64,000 bases of DNA, from the sequence record LC778249.1. One strand, given 5' to 3'. Below the pieces are notes generated by a model. That model saw nothing but the letters and a program-made list of their open reading frames with translations. It had not been told where the DNA came from and made no database searches. How positions within the stretch are numbered: the stretch's first letter is position 1; each line of letters begins with the position of its first letter. The position numbers were made by a program, and so were the translations under genes. Of the stretch, positions 63,860 through 64,000 are shown piece after piece.

Positions 63860-64000
63860 ATGTCTCTGCTTGAACAAATCAAACAAGATCAAATCGCTGC
63901 CCGCAAATCCGCAGACCGCACTACCGATATCGGCAAAATGAAGATCAGCGCGTTGACCACTCTGATTGGCGAAGCCTCTCCTGCTGGCAACGCAACTGCA
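63860..64000 (+). CDS. GatB/YqeY-like protein (3'-truncated)
   Basis: AAGGA SD; MSLLEQIKQDQIAARK..LTTLIGEA. Confidence 0.55.
   Translation, partial: MSLLEQIKQDQIAARKSADRTTDIGKMKISALTTLIGEASPAGNATA

Noticed and set aside
1-64000. tRNA, rRNA, CRISPR array, or DGR/invertase for fibre switching
   Set aside because: No cloverleaf, spaced repeat array, reverse transcriptase or recombinase motif seen by eye; tRNAscan-SE would confirm

Overview
A 64-kb segment of a T4-like (Straboviridae) myophage genome. Gene content (AsiA but no motA at its usual locus, cca, NadM-Nudix, giant gp35, gp5-like endolysin) suggests an Aeromonas Aeh1-type phage; that assignment is inference, not a database result. Order: rIIA(partial)-rIIB-Nudix-ndd-52-asiA, then a minus-strand late block (lysis cassette, two gp36-headed distal fibres, gp38-like, 35, 34), then rnh-dsbA-33-59-32-frd-td-denA-rnlA, a ~15-kb accessory region (cca, TPM/LemA-like pair, NadM-Nudix, HNH, macrodomain), spanins, pseT, cd, 31, rIII, 30.9/30.3/30.2, ligase, alt (minus strand) and dda. 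No tRNA, rRNA, CRISPR array or intron was seen. Most notable: (1) two inverted ~120-130-bp non-coding elements 45 kb apart with a 58/64-identical AT-rich core bracketed by GC mini-hairpins; (2) recurrent inverted repeats centred on early-promoter -10 boxes; (3) two independently transcribed gp36-headed distal fibres plus a gp35 extended with lectin-like domains; (4) a hairpin-bridged Shine-Dalgarno on the gp38-like gene; (5) a NUDT16-like Nudix within a broad ADP-ribose toolkit; (6) duplicated terminator-promoter cassettes flanking a 5-kb module. Gene names come from recalled similarity to T4 proteins plus synteny, not from searches.
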